Assembly (NCBI GenBank): GCA_034435395.1
Contig: DAOTXK010000120.1
Span: forward strand, 1 to 53,944
Reading direction: 5' to 3'
Source of the DNA: Anaerolineae bacterium
Lineage (GTDB): Bacteria > Chloroflexota > Anaerolineae > Aggregatilineales > Ch27
Length of the DNA: 53,944 bases
Part shown: positions 29,339-37,626 of the stretch, piece by piece
Numbering within the stretch: the first letter of the stretch is position 1
How the letters are laid out: each line of letters begins with the position of its first letter
Translations under genes and position numbers: made by a program
The notes under the pieces: generated by a model
What the model was told of the DNA's origin: nothing
Databases searched by the model: none
The model's input: only the letters and a program-made list of their open reading frames with translations

Positions 29339-29358
29339 GATTCTCCGGAGGTGCCTCC

Positions 29359-30270
29359 GTGACCAGGCTATCCCCTCACTGGCGCGCCGTGTGGCAGGCG
29401 CTGTTCGTCACCTTCCTGTGGTCCACATCGTTTGTGCTGATCAAGATCGGCCTGGAGGACATCCCGCCGCTGACCTTCGCCGGGCTGCGGTATACGCTGG
29501 CTTTCCTGTGTCTGCTGCCGCCGGTGATCCTGCGCCCGGCCCACCGCACCGCCGTCCGGGCGCTCTCCCGCCAGGATTGGGGCTGGCTGATCCTGCTGGG
29601 GGTGCTGTATTACACGGTGACGCAGGGCACGCAGTTCGTGGCGCTAGACCGCCTGCCGTCGGCCACGGTCAGCCTGTTCCTCAATTTTTCGGCGGTCGCC
29701 GTGGCTTTTCTGGGGATCACCTGGCTGGCGGAGCGGCTGACCGGGGCGCAGTGGGGCGGGGTGGCGCTCTCCCTGGCCGGGGCAGCCATTTATTTTTATC
29801 CGGTGGACGTGCCCGCCGAACAGGTGATCGGGATCGTCGCCGTGACCATCGGCCTGCTGGCCAACGCCGTCTCCTCCGTCCTGGGTCGCTACGTCAACCG
29901 GGGCGGGGCGATCCCGCCGGTGATCGTGACCGTGATCAGCATGGGCGTCGGCTCGGTCCTGATGCTGGCGGGTGGGCTGATCGTCCAGGGCCTGCCCGTC
30001 CTGAGCGCCGCCAACTGGCTGATCATCGCCGCGCTGGCGGTGGTCAACACGGCCTTCGCTTTCACCTTATGGAACCTGTCCTTGCGGACGCTCTCGGCCA
30101 TCGAATCGAACATCATCAACAACACCATGCTGATCCAGATCGCGGTGCTGGCCTGGGTGTTTCTGGGGGAAGCGCTGACGGCGCAGGAGATCGCCGGGCT
30201 GGGCCTGGCGGCGGTGGGCACGCTGATCGTGCAGGTACGGCGGCGTCAGGCGCGGCCCGCCACCCGTTGA
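29359..30270 (+). CDS. EamA/DMT-superfamily transporter
   Basis: Ten-TM profile with two EamA-like halves (FVTFLWSTSFVLIKIGLEDIPPLTFAGLRY... and ...AFAFTLWNLSLRTLSAIESNIINNTMLIQIAVLAWVFLGE). GTG start with GGAGG 7 nt upstream. Confidence 0.85.
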   Translation: MTRLSPHWRAVWQALFVTFLWSTSFVLIKIGLEDIPPLTFAGLRYTLAFLCLLPPVILRPAHRTAVRALSRQDWGWLILLGVLYYTVTQGTQFVALDRLPSATVSLFLNFSAVAVAFLGITWLAERLTGAQWGGVALSLAGAAIYFYPVDVPAEQVIGIVAVTIGLLANAVSSVLGRYVNRGGAIPPVIVTVISMGVGSVLMLAGGLIVQGLPVLSAANWLIIAALAVVNTAFAFTLWNLSLRTLSAIESNIINNTMLIQIAVLAWVFLGEALTAQEIAGLGLAAVGTLIVQVRRRQARPATR

Positions 30271-30402
30271 GGCGGCGGCACCGTCTTCCCTGCCGATCAC
30301 GGTTGTGAGGAGCAGCATCGGCGGCGGCTGATTTTGCCGGGCCAGCCGGGCCGCCTGGACTCCCGAACAGTGACATTTTGCAGATAATTCGTGTGAGATT
30401 TG

Positions 30403-30430
30403 TTGCTTTAAATCTCTGATAAAGTATAAT
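30403..30430 (+). promoter_or_regulatory. Near-consensus sigma-70 promoter
   Basis: TTGCTT - 16 nt - TATAAT inside a short AT-rich island, 55 nt upstream of the ATG at 30485. Confidence 0.55.
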
Positions 30431-30484
30431 ATTCTACGTCATCCCTGAGTGTTTATGGATATTTCTGTGATTTTGGGAGGGGTC

Positions 30485-30658
30485 ATGGCAGACAGGTCCC
30501 CAAACGACCGACGGACCTTCAAGGCCCACCGAATCCCCGAACGGTCCCTGTTTTATCAGCGGATCATGCCCGCCATGTTCATCGCGCTGGCCGTGATCAT
30601 GGCGGGGTTGATTCTGTTTGCACTGGGCGTCCTGCTGGGCCTGGTGCCCTGGCTCTGA
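30485..30658 (+). CDS. Small membrane protein (57 aa)
   Basis: MADRSPNDRRTFKAHRIPERSLFYQRIMPAMFIALAVIMAGLILFALGVLLGLVPWL has a basic N-terminus and one long TM. GGGAGGGG RBS. The track ORF starts 12 codons earlier. Confidence 0.5.
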   Translation: MADRSPNDRRTFKAHRIPERSLFYQRIMPAMFIALAVIMAGLILFALGVLLGLVPWL

Positions 30659-30694
30659 CCAGCGGCCATCCCTCACCCTAACAAGGAGGATACC

Positions 30695-31417
30695 ATGCCT
30701 GTCCACAACATTCTGCCGTTTATCTCCGCCATCGTCATGGCCGTCTTCACGCTGTCGGTCTTCCAGCGGTATCTCGTCCGCCGCACGCCGGCGTTTTTGT
30801 TCTGGGGCATCGGCCTGCTGATGTTCGGGGCGGGGAGCTTCGCCGAAGCCTATCTGGCGCTGGACTGGAGCCCGGCGGTTTTTGTCCTGTGGTATCTGTT
30901 CGGCGCGGCGCTCAACGCCGCCTGGCTGGGGCACGGCACGCTGAACCTGCTGGTCAAGCGGCGCTGGGTGGGCGTGGTGACGGCGGTCCTGGTGATCGGC
31001 AGCGTGATCGCGGGCGCGCTGATGCTGACCACGCCGCTGGACGCCGCCGGATTTGACCCGGATGTCCCGATCAGCGAGCAGTACCGGGCGATCATGCCGC
31101 CGGGCGCGCCGGTCCGCCTGACCACGCCGTTCTTCAACATTTACGGGCTGGTGACGCTGGTCGGCGGGGCGCTCTACTCGGCGTTCCTGTTCTGGCGCAA
31201 GCGCGTGCTGCCCAACCGGGTGGTGGGCAACGTCCTGATCGCGGTGGGGGCGCTGTCCATCGGCTTCGCTAGCTCGCTGACCCGCCTGGGCTACGGCCAG
31301 TATCTGTATATCGGGGAGCTGATCGCGGCGGTCCTGATGTATGTGGGATTCCGGGCGGCGGCGGCGCCGGGCCGGGAACCGGCGGCCCGTCAGGCGTCGT
31401 CGGCCAGCGCCCATTAG
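30695..31417 (+). CDS. Polytopic membrane protein, unknown function (240 aa)
   Basis: AAGGAGGA RBS 6 nt upstream. About 6-7 hydrophobic helices. No family recognised. Confidence 0.6.
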   Translation: MPVHNILPFISAIVMAVFTLSVFQRYLVRRTPAFLFWGIGLLMFGAGSFAEAYLALDWSPAVFVLWYLFGAALNAAWLGHGTLNLLVKRRWVGVVTAVLVIGSVIAGALMLTTPLDAAGFDPDVPISEQYRAIMPPGAPVRLTTPFFNIYGLVTLVGGALYSAFLFWRKRVLPNRVVGNVLIAVGALSIGFASSLTRLGYGQYLYIGELIAAVLMYVGFRAAAAPGREPAARQASSASAH

Positions 31418-31532
31418 CGCCCGCCGGGGAGCGGCGGCGTCGGACTCCAACGTCGGACCCCAGTCCGACGCCACCGACCTCAGTCCAACGCCACGCCCTC
31501 CCCGCGAGCCTCTCTCCGGGTTCCGGTCGGGT

Positions 31533-32516
31533 CTACTTCCCCAGCCGCTTCTTAAATTCCGCCGTCAGGGCGGGGAGCACCTGGAACATATCGCCCACGA
31601 TGCCGTAGTGGGCCAGCTTAAAGATCGGCGCTTCGGGGTCCTTGTTGATGGCCACGATCACCTTGCTGGTGCGCATGCCGGCCTGGTGCTGGATGGCCCC
31701 GGAGATGCCGCAGGCGATGTACAGGTCCGGGCTGACCACCTTGCCGGTCTGGCCGACCTGGTGGGTGTAGGGGATGTAACCCGCGTCCACGGCGGCGCGG
31801 CTGGCCCCCACCGCCGCCCTCAGCACGTCCGCCAGCGCGCGCACCGGGGCGAAGCCCTCCGCGTTGCCCACGGCCCGCCCGCCGGAGACAATGATGGCGG
31901 CGTCGGTCAGGCTGATCTCGCCGGCGGCGGCCTCAAAACCCTCGATTTTGGTGGGGATGTCCTGCTCGGCCAGGACGGGCGCGACCGTGGTCACGTCGCC
32001 GTTCCGGCTGGCGTCCGGCTCCAGGGGGCGGAAGGCCCGGCTGCGCAGCGTGGCGAACTGCGTCCCCTCCGCCGATGACGCCAGATCGCTGAGCAGCTTG
32101 CCGCCGTAGACCGGGCGCGTGGCCTTCAGCGCGCCGTTCTCCACCGACAGCTCGGTCACGTCGGATAACAGGGGGGAGTCGGTATCCAGCGCGGCGGCGG
32201 CCAGCAGCTCCTTGCCCCGGCTGGTGGCCCCGGCCAGCACGACCGCTGGCGCGTTCTTTTTCACCAGCTGGCTCAGCAGGGCGGCGTATGGCTCCAGGCG
32301 GTAATCGGCCAGCGTGGCGTCGTCGGCCTGGATGGCCTGATCCGCGCCGTGGTGGAAAGCTTCCTTCGTCACCGCGTCCACGCCCTGGCCGAAGACCAGT
32401 GCCACCAGCGGGACGCCCAGGGCGGCGGCGATTTCCCGCCCCTTGCCCAGCGCTTCCCAGGCGGTCGGGACAGCCCGGCCCCGGAACTGTTCGATCCAGA
32501 CGTACACAGCGCTCAT
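31533..32516 (-). CDS. etfA: Electron transfer flavoprotein, alpha subunit
   Basis: C-terminal FAD-binding signature [19 protein letters not shown]. About 327 aa. Follows etfB with a 1-nt gap. Confidence 0.95.
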   Translation of the reverse strand: MSAVYVWIEQFRGRAVPTAWEALGKGREIAAALGVPLVALVFGQGVDAVTKEAFHHGADQAIQADDATLADYRLEPYAALLSQLVKKNAPAVVLAGATSRGKELLAAAALDTDSPLLSDVTELSVENGALKATRPVYGGKLLSDLASSAEGTQFATLRSRAFRPLEPDASRNGDVTTVAPVLAEQDIPTKIEGFEAAAGEISLTDAAIIVSGGRAVGNAEGFAPVRALADVLRAAVGASRAAVDAGYIPYTHQVGQTGKVVSPDLYIACGISGAIQHQAGMRTSKVIVAINKDPEAPIFKLAHYGIVGDMFQVLPALTAEFKKRLGK

Positions 32517-32517
32517 C

Positions 32518-33306
32518 TCACACCACCTTCTCCGCCATCAGCCGGTCGACCAGAAGCCGGGCCTGCTCGGCGACGCTATCCCCCTCGATAATGGTGCACG
32601 CACCCTCGCGGGCGGGCAGGTCCCGAAACCCGGTCACGCGGACCCTGGGGGCGGGCGCGGCGATGCCCAGCGCTGCCGCGTCCCACACCGGGATCTCGGC
32701 CCTGGTCGCTTTACGAATGCCCATGAAGGACGGATAACGCGGCTCGTTGATGCCCTTCATCACATTGAGGACGGCAGGCAGCGGGCCGGAAGCGATCAAT
32801 TTACCCTCTTCCAGCAGCCGCTCGACCCTGATGGTCCGGGCGTCCGGGTTCAGGTCGGCGATCCGGGAGACGTAGCTGAGCAGCGTCCAGCCCAGCTGGC
32901 GGGCGGTCTGGAAGATGTGCTGGTCGGTGGCCTCGTCAGCCGCCTCTTTGCCGAAGAGCACCAGGTCCACCTCGCCCAGCTTCCGGACCGCGGCGGCGAA
33001 GACGGCGGCGAAGCCCCGGCTGTCCAGCGCGGCCCAGGCTTCGTCCCACAGGCGGATGGCGGCGCTGGCGCCCATGGCGATGGCGTGCTTGAGCGCCTCG
33101 GTGTGCGGCTCCGGGCCGAGCGCCATCACAGTCACGGTGCCGCCGTGCGCCTGGGTCTGGAGCAGCGCTTCCTCGACGGCATATTCATCCCAGGGGTTGA
33201 TGACCAGGGGCGAATCCCCCCAGGTGACGCTCCCGTCAGCAGCCAGGGCCAGTCTGGCCGCCGTATCGGGGGTGCTGCGGGTGCCAACCACGATGTGCAA
33301 GGTCAT
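32518..33306 (-). CDS. etfB: Electron transfer flavoprotein, beta subunit
   Basis: VINPWDEYAVEEAL... and LVLFGKEAADEATDQ... are typical of EtfB/FixA. 262 aa. Confidence 0.95.
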   Translation of the reverse strand: MTLHIVVGTRSTPDTAARLALAADGSVTWGDSPLVINPWDEYAVEEALLQTQAHGGTVTVMALGPEPHTEALKHAIAMGASAAIRLWDEAWAALDSRGFAAVFAAAVRKLGEVDLVLFGKEAADEATDQHIFQTARQLGWTLLSYVSRIADLNPDARTIRVERLLEEGKLIASGPLPAVLNVMKGINEPRYPSFMGIRKATRAEIPVWDAAALGIAAPAPRVRVTGFRDLPAREGACTIIEGDSVAEQARLLVDRLMAEKVV

Positions 33307-33372
33307 GACCTCCTACTCCATACAAGAACTGATGGCCAGGCATTGGCGCGGTTCGCCAGCGGCAGGGCTGTT

Positions 33373-33390
33373 ATCAAATCCCCATTTGAT
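33373..33390. promoter_or_regulatory. Palindrome in the divergent etfBA / MFS intergenic region
   Basis: ATCAAAT-cccc-ATTTGAT with perfect 7-bp arms, AT-rich within GC-rich surroundings. Candidate operator. Confidence 0.3.
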
Positions 33391-33527
33391 TAGAGTGTAC
33401 CACAAAACCGACGGCTGCCCAACGCCTCGGCACGCCAGGGGCGGCGAACGGTGGTATCATTCGTCGGATGAGGCGGCCAGGCGTCGAGGATGGCGGGCCG
33501 GCCTGTTCCCCGTGAAAGGATCATCTC

Positions 33528-34718
33528 ATGCGGCGGGTCAGCGGATACTGGCAGGTGGCCGGGATTTACGCCTGTGCCTTTGGCGCGGTGGCGCTGACTT
33601 TTCCCTACATGAACCAGTACCTGCTGGAACTGGGGTTCTCCGGCGTGCAGATCGGCAGCATGTTTGCGGCGGCCAGCCTGCTCGGCCTGCTGCTGACCCT
33701 GCTGGCGTCCGCCCTGGCCGATCGGTCCGGGCGTCACCGGTCGATCTTGTGGGCCGCGCTGCTGACCGAAATGGCGGCGTTGGGCTGCCTGAGCTTCGCG
33801 CCGGTGTTGGTGATGGTGGGCGGCGGCGTGGTGGTGATGCGGGCGATCATGCAACTGGATATGGCGATGCGCGACCGGCTCACGCTGCACTGGATCAGCG
33901 AACATCCCGCCGGGGCGTATGGCGGCCTGCGGCTATGGGGGTCGCTGGGTTTTGCCCTGGTGGGGATCATGAGCGGGCCAGTGGCCGAACGATTCGGCAC
34001 GGCCTGGCTGTTCGCGGGCGCGGGGCTGATGCTCATCGGCGTGCTGATCTTCAGCCGGGTGTATGCCGCCCGGCTGCCGGTCGGGGCGGCGGACGCCGCC
34101 GAAGCGCCGGCGCCGGCCTTCCGCCGGATAGGCCGGCTTTCGCCGGTGATGGCCGTCATCATGGCCACCGCCCTGGTGAGCGCAGTGGGACAGTCCGGCT
34201 ATTTTGGCTGGAACTATGAGTTCATCGACCACGGCCTGGGGGGCGGCAAAAGCGCCGTCGGGCTGTATGCCTCGCTGGCGGCGCTGATCGAAGCGCCAGT
34301 GATGCTGCTGGCCGACCGGCTGTTGCGCCGTCACAGCGCGGCGCTGGTCTGGGGGGCGGGCCTGTTGATCTGGGGGGCGGGCTGGCTGTTGCTTTCCCTG
34401 GTCCGGACGCCCCTTCAGGCCATGGTTCTCACCATCCCCGCCGGGATCGCGCAGGGTTTTGTCCTGGTCGCGCCCGTCGTCTTCGTCGGGCAGAGCAGCC
34501 CCGCCCACAATACAGCCTTTTACCTGGCGCTGATGGGCACCTGCGGCAGCCTGGGCATGATGGTCGGCAGTTCCGCCGCGGGATGGATTTACGATGCCCT
34601 CGGCGTGCGGGTGTTGCTGCGGTTGGGCGGGGCGGCGGTTATGCTGGCGGCGGTCGTGTTGTGGACCGGCGTGCTGATTCTGCGGCGGCGAACCTGGAAG
34701 CCGCGCCCCACGGCCTGA
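33528..34718 (+). CDS. MFS transporter
   Basis: Twelve-TM-like profile, 396 aa, with a loop motif ALADRSGRHRS between TM2 and TM3. Confidence 0.8.
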   Translation: MRRVSGYWQVAGIYACAFGAVALTFPYMNQYLLELGFSGVQIGSMFAAASLLGLLLTLLASALADRSGRHRSILWAALLTEMAALGCLSFAPVLVMVGGGVVVMRAIMQLDMAMRDRLTLHWISEHPAGAYGGLRLWGSLGFALVGIMSGPVAERFGTAWLFAGAGLMLIGVLIFSRVYAARLPVGAADAAEAPAPAFRRIGRLSPVMAVIMATALVSAVGQSGYFGWNYEFIDHGLGGGKSAVGLYASLAALIEAPVMLLADRLLRRHSAALVWGAGLLIWGAGWLLLSLVRTPLQAMVLTIPAGIAQGFVLVAPVVFVGQSSPAHNTAFYLALMGTCGSLGMMVGSSAAGWIYDALGVRVLLRLGGAAVMLAAVVLWTGVLILRRRTWKPRPTA

Positions 34719-34729
34719 CCGGGCGGCGC

Positions 34730-35308
34730 TCAGACCGGCCTGATCATCGTCGTGTAAGCGGAGAAGCCGATGAAACGCCGGAGGCCCGGCAAATGATGGG
34801 TGGCCGCCGGGACGAATCCCATCCGCTCGTACAGCGCCCGCGCGCGGGGGTTGGTGTCCACCACATCCAGGCGCACCGACCGGTAGCCGTGCTCGCGAGC
34901 GAGGTCGCATACCGCGTCCAGCAGGCGGGTGCCGATCCCCTGGCCGCGCGCGCTGGCGTGCACGGCCAGCCCGTCCATGAGGAGCTGGCCTTCCCGCAAT
35001 GGGCGGACGTACAAGCGCAGCGCCGCCGCGTAAAACAGCCCGCGCAGCAGGCCAAGCTCCTCCAGATAAAGACGCGGCTGCCAGCGAACCAGGCGGCTGC
35101 CCCCATAGTTCAGGCCAGCGAGGCCCACCAGGTCCGGGCCGCGCCGGGCGACGATGGCCCGCGCCGGGTCAAAGAGTCGGGCCAGCAGGGCGACGCCGCC
35201 GTCCTCCGGCAAGAAAGGGCTGAACAGCGCTTCGTAGAATATTTCGGCGGCCTGACGCCGGTTTGCCTCCGGCAGCCCGCGCTGGATCACGATCAACGTG
35301 TCAGACAT
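34730..35308 (-). CDS. GNAT-family N-acetyltransferase
   Basis: LAVHASARGQGIGTRLL and ARALYERMGF. Confidence 0.85.
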   Translation of the reverse strand: MSDTLIVIQRGLPEANRRQAAEIFYEALFSPFLPEDGGVALLARLFDPARAIVARRGPDLVGLAGLNYGGSRLVRWQPRLYLEELGLLRGLFYAAALRLYVRPLREGQLLMDGLAVHASARGQGIGTRLLDAVCDLAREHGYRSVRLDVVDTNPRARALYERMGFVPAATHHLPGLRRFIGFSAYTTMIRPV

Positions 35309-35384
35309 GGCGAACTCCTCGATGCCGTTTCGAACGGCTGTTGACGGTCGGCCTGGCGCTGGCGACCAGGCGCGACGGCGGTCT

Positions 35385-35783
35385 TCAGGCGCGGCGGCGG
35401 TAGGCGCAGATCAGGCGAGCGCCATCCTGGGTGGCCAGGACTTCCTGCCAGCCCTGGGCCGCCAGCCGTCGGCGGTGGCCGATCACCGACTGTCCGTCCA
35501 CGTAATCGGGGTGTTTCTCCTGGCCGGTCAGGCCGTCCAGGGTGTAGCGCCGGACGCAGACCAGCCAGCGGTCCTCCCCCACCGGTGTGCAGATCAGCTG
35601 GCAGTACTCCCAGCCCGGCTCCGGCTGGTCCGCCGGGAGCGCCCAGGGGAGCGCTTCAGCGTCCCGTATCGCCGGGCGGCGGGCGGGCGGCGAGCCATCA
35701 GGACGCCAGCGGCGGCGGCTGGCCAGCCAGAGGAGGCCAATGATCAGCGCGGCGAGCAGGAGGAGCAGGACAGGCAGTTCCAT
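35385..35783 (-). CDS. Hypothetical membrane-anchored protein (132 aa)
   Basis: N-terminal TM MELPVLLLLLAALIIGLLWLA, then a soluble ~100-aa domain. No family recognised. Confidence 0.5.
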   Translation of the reverse strand: MELPVLLLLLAALIIGLLWLASRRRWRPDGSPPARRPAIRDAEALPWALPADQPEPGWEYCQLICTPVGEDRWLVCVRRYTLDGLTGQEKHPDYVDGQSVIGHRRRLAAQGWQEVLATQDGARLICAYRRRA

Positions 35784-35812
35784 GGGTTTTTCTTCCCCGG
35801 TAAGGCTGCCGG

Positions 35813-37438
35813 TTAGGGCGGTTTCGGCGGGATGTGGCTCATGGCGTATTCGGCCAGGGCGGCGATGGTCAGGCTGGGGTTGATGCCGGGGTTGGCGGGC
35901 AGGATCGAACCGTCCACCACGTACAGGCCGGGATAGTTAAACACCTGACACGTGATGTCCACCACGCCTTCCTCGGCGCTGCGGCCCATCACACAACCGC
36001 CCAGGATGTGGGCGGTCGAGGCCATGCCCAGCAGGCTCTCGGTGAACGACGCCTGGGGGACACTGTTTGTCCGGTCGGCGAAGGCATGGGCGATACGGTG
36101 AGTCATGGCCTCGTCCGGGGCGATGGGCTGCGCCGAGTCCCGTTCCGAGACCAGCCCGCGCCGGAACAGGGTGAGCGGTCCCCGGCCCGGCTTCAGATGG
36201 AACCGGTTGTCCTCGGTCTGCATGACCAGCAGGATGGTGGCGCGTCTGGCCCAGCGGGCGAAAAACTTGACATCGAGGAAGGTCAGCGGGTGGCGCAGGA
36301 TGGCCGCCAGCGTGGCCAGCAGGTTGACCGACGCGCGGGCGTTCCGTTTGATCATGGGGGCGGCCAGCAGGCGGATGAACGACGAGCCGTCGGAGAAGCG
36401 GACTGGCTCGACGTGCGTCACATCATCGGCCTTGATCACGGAGGTGATGGCCACGCCCTGCGAGTAATCGGTCTGCCGGTCGCGGCTCATCACCCCGAAC
36501 AGCGCCTCGCTGTTGGTGCGCACACCTTCCCCCAGGCGCGGCGAGAGCCTGGGCAGGGAGCGCGTCTCGTCCCGGCAGCGGAAGAGCAGGCGCAGGGTGC
36601 CGATCACGCCCCCGGCCACCACGACCTGGCGCGCCCGGACGCGGCGAATCGGCAGGCGGAGCAGGGCGGTCGAGCGGCGGTAGACCACCTCATACCGCGC
36701 GCCATCGCGCTGGCCCTCTGGCAGCGGTCGGATATCAATCGCCTCGACTTCCGGGCGGATGACCGCGCCGCCTTTTTCGGTGAAGTAGAGGTAATTTTTG
36801 ACCAGCGTGTTTTTGGCGTTGTAGCGGCAGCCGACCATGCAGCCGCCGCAGTGCACGCACCCGGCGCGCGGCGGCCCTTCCCCGTCAAAGTACGGATCGG
36901 GGACCAGGCGGCCGGCCTGATCCGGCTCGCCGAAAAAAACGCCGACCTCGGTGGGGCGGAAGGAGTCGCCGTTGCCCATCTCGCGGGCGATGGCGCGCAG
37001 GGCATGGTCAGCGGGCCACAGGCGCGGGTTGGTGGTCACGCCGAGCATGCGCCGAGCGGCCTGGTAGTGTGGGCGGAGGACCTGCTTCCAGTCGGCCAGG
37101 TCCGCCCAGCCGGGGGCCTGGAACAGCTCGTCGCTCGGCTCCATCAACACATTGGCGTAGACCAGGCTGCCCCCGCCCACGCCGCAACCGTGCAGCACCA
37201 GCACGTCCCTGGTGAACGTCATCTGCTGGATGCCGAAGCAGCGCAGCGCCGGAATCCACAGGTAGCGGCGCAGGTTCCAGTTGCGGCGGGGGAAGTCGTT
37301 GTCATGGAAACGTTTGCCCCGCTCCAGGACCAGGACGCGGTAGCCCTTTTCCGTCAGGCGCAGGGCGGCGACGCTCCCGCCAAAGCCGGAGCCGATGATC
37401 ACAAAGTCGAAAGCGGCGTCGGCATGGTGGGGCCGCAT
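35813..37438 (-). CDS. GMC-family FAD oxidoreductase (cholesterol-oxidase-like)
   Basis: Rossmann motif FDFVIIGSGFGGSVAALRLTEKGYRVLVLERG. C-terminal GLYVVDGSILPANPGINPSLTIAALAE. ATG at 37438 preferred over the track start at 37528. Confidence 0.85.
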   Translation of the reverse strand: MRPHHADAAFDFVIIGSGFGGSVAALRLTEKGYRVLVLERGKRFHDNDFPRRNWNLRRYLWIPALRCFGIQQMTFTRDVLVLHGCGVGGGSLVYANVLMEPSDELFQAPGWADLADWKQVLRPHYQAARRMLGVTTNPRLWPADHALRAIAREMGNGDSFRPTEVGVFFGEPDQAGRLVPDPYFDGEGPPRAGCVHCGGCMVGCRYNAKNTLVKNYLYFTEKGGAVIRPEVEAIDIRPLPEGQRDGARYEVVYRRSTALLRLPIRRVRARQVVVAGGVIGTLRLLFRCRDETRSLPRLSPRLGEGVRTNSEALFGVMSRDRQTDYSQGVAITSVIKADDVTHVEPVRFSDGSSFIRLLAAPMIKRNARASVNLLATLAAILRHPLTFLDVKFFARWARRATILLVMQTEDNRFHLKPGRGPLTLFRRGLVSERDSAQPIAPDEAMTHRIAHAFADRTNSVPQASFTESLLGMASTAHILGGCVMGRSAEEGVVDITCQVFNYPGLYVVDGSILPANPGINPSLTIAALAEYAMSHIPPKPP

Positions 37439-37626
37439 GAGGCACGCCCCCTTTCCACAATACACATCCACCCGAAAACGGCTGGAGGGGCGGAAAACAC
37501 GGACAGGGCGAATTCTGGCGGGTGCCACTCAGGAAAGAATCGGCGTTGTCCGTGCCCGTGCGCTAACGGCGCACACGAATACGCCGCCAGCGCTTCCCTT
37601 TACGGACCGATCGTCCGTCGTCCTGT

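Noticed and set aside
29345-29356. GGAGG-tg-CCTCC palindrome at the EamA ribosome-binding site, considered as an RBS-sequestering hairpin
   Set aside because: A 2-nt loop is sterically impossible for an RNA hairpin, so the match is probably coincidental.
29322-30308. 328-aa + strand ORF overlapping the EamA gene in another frame
   Set aside because: The Arg/Gly/Pro-rich frame would begin inside the riboswitch terminator. The 29359 frame gives a clean 10-TM EamA protein.
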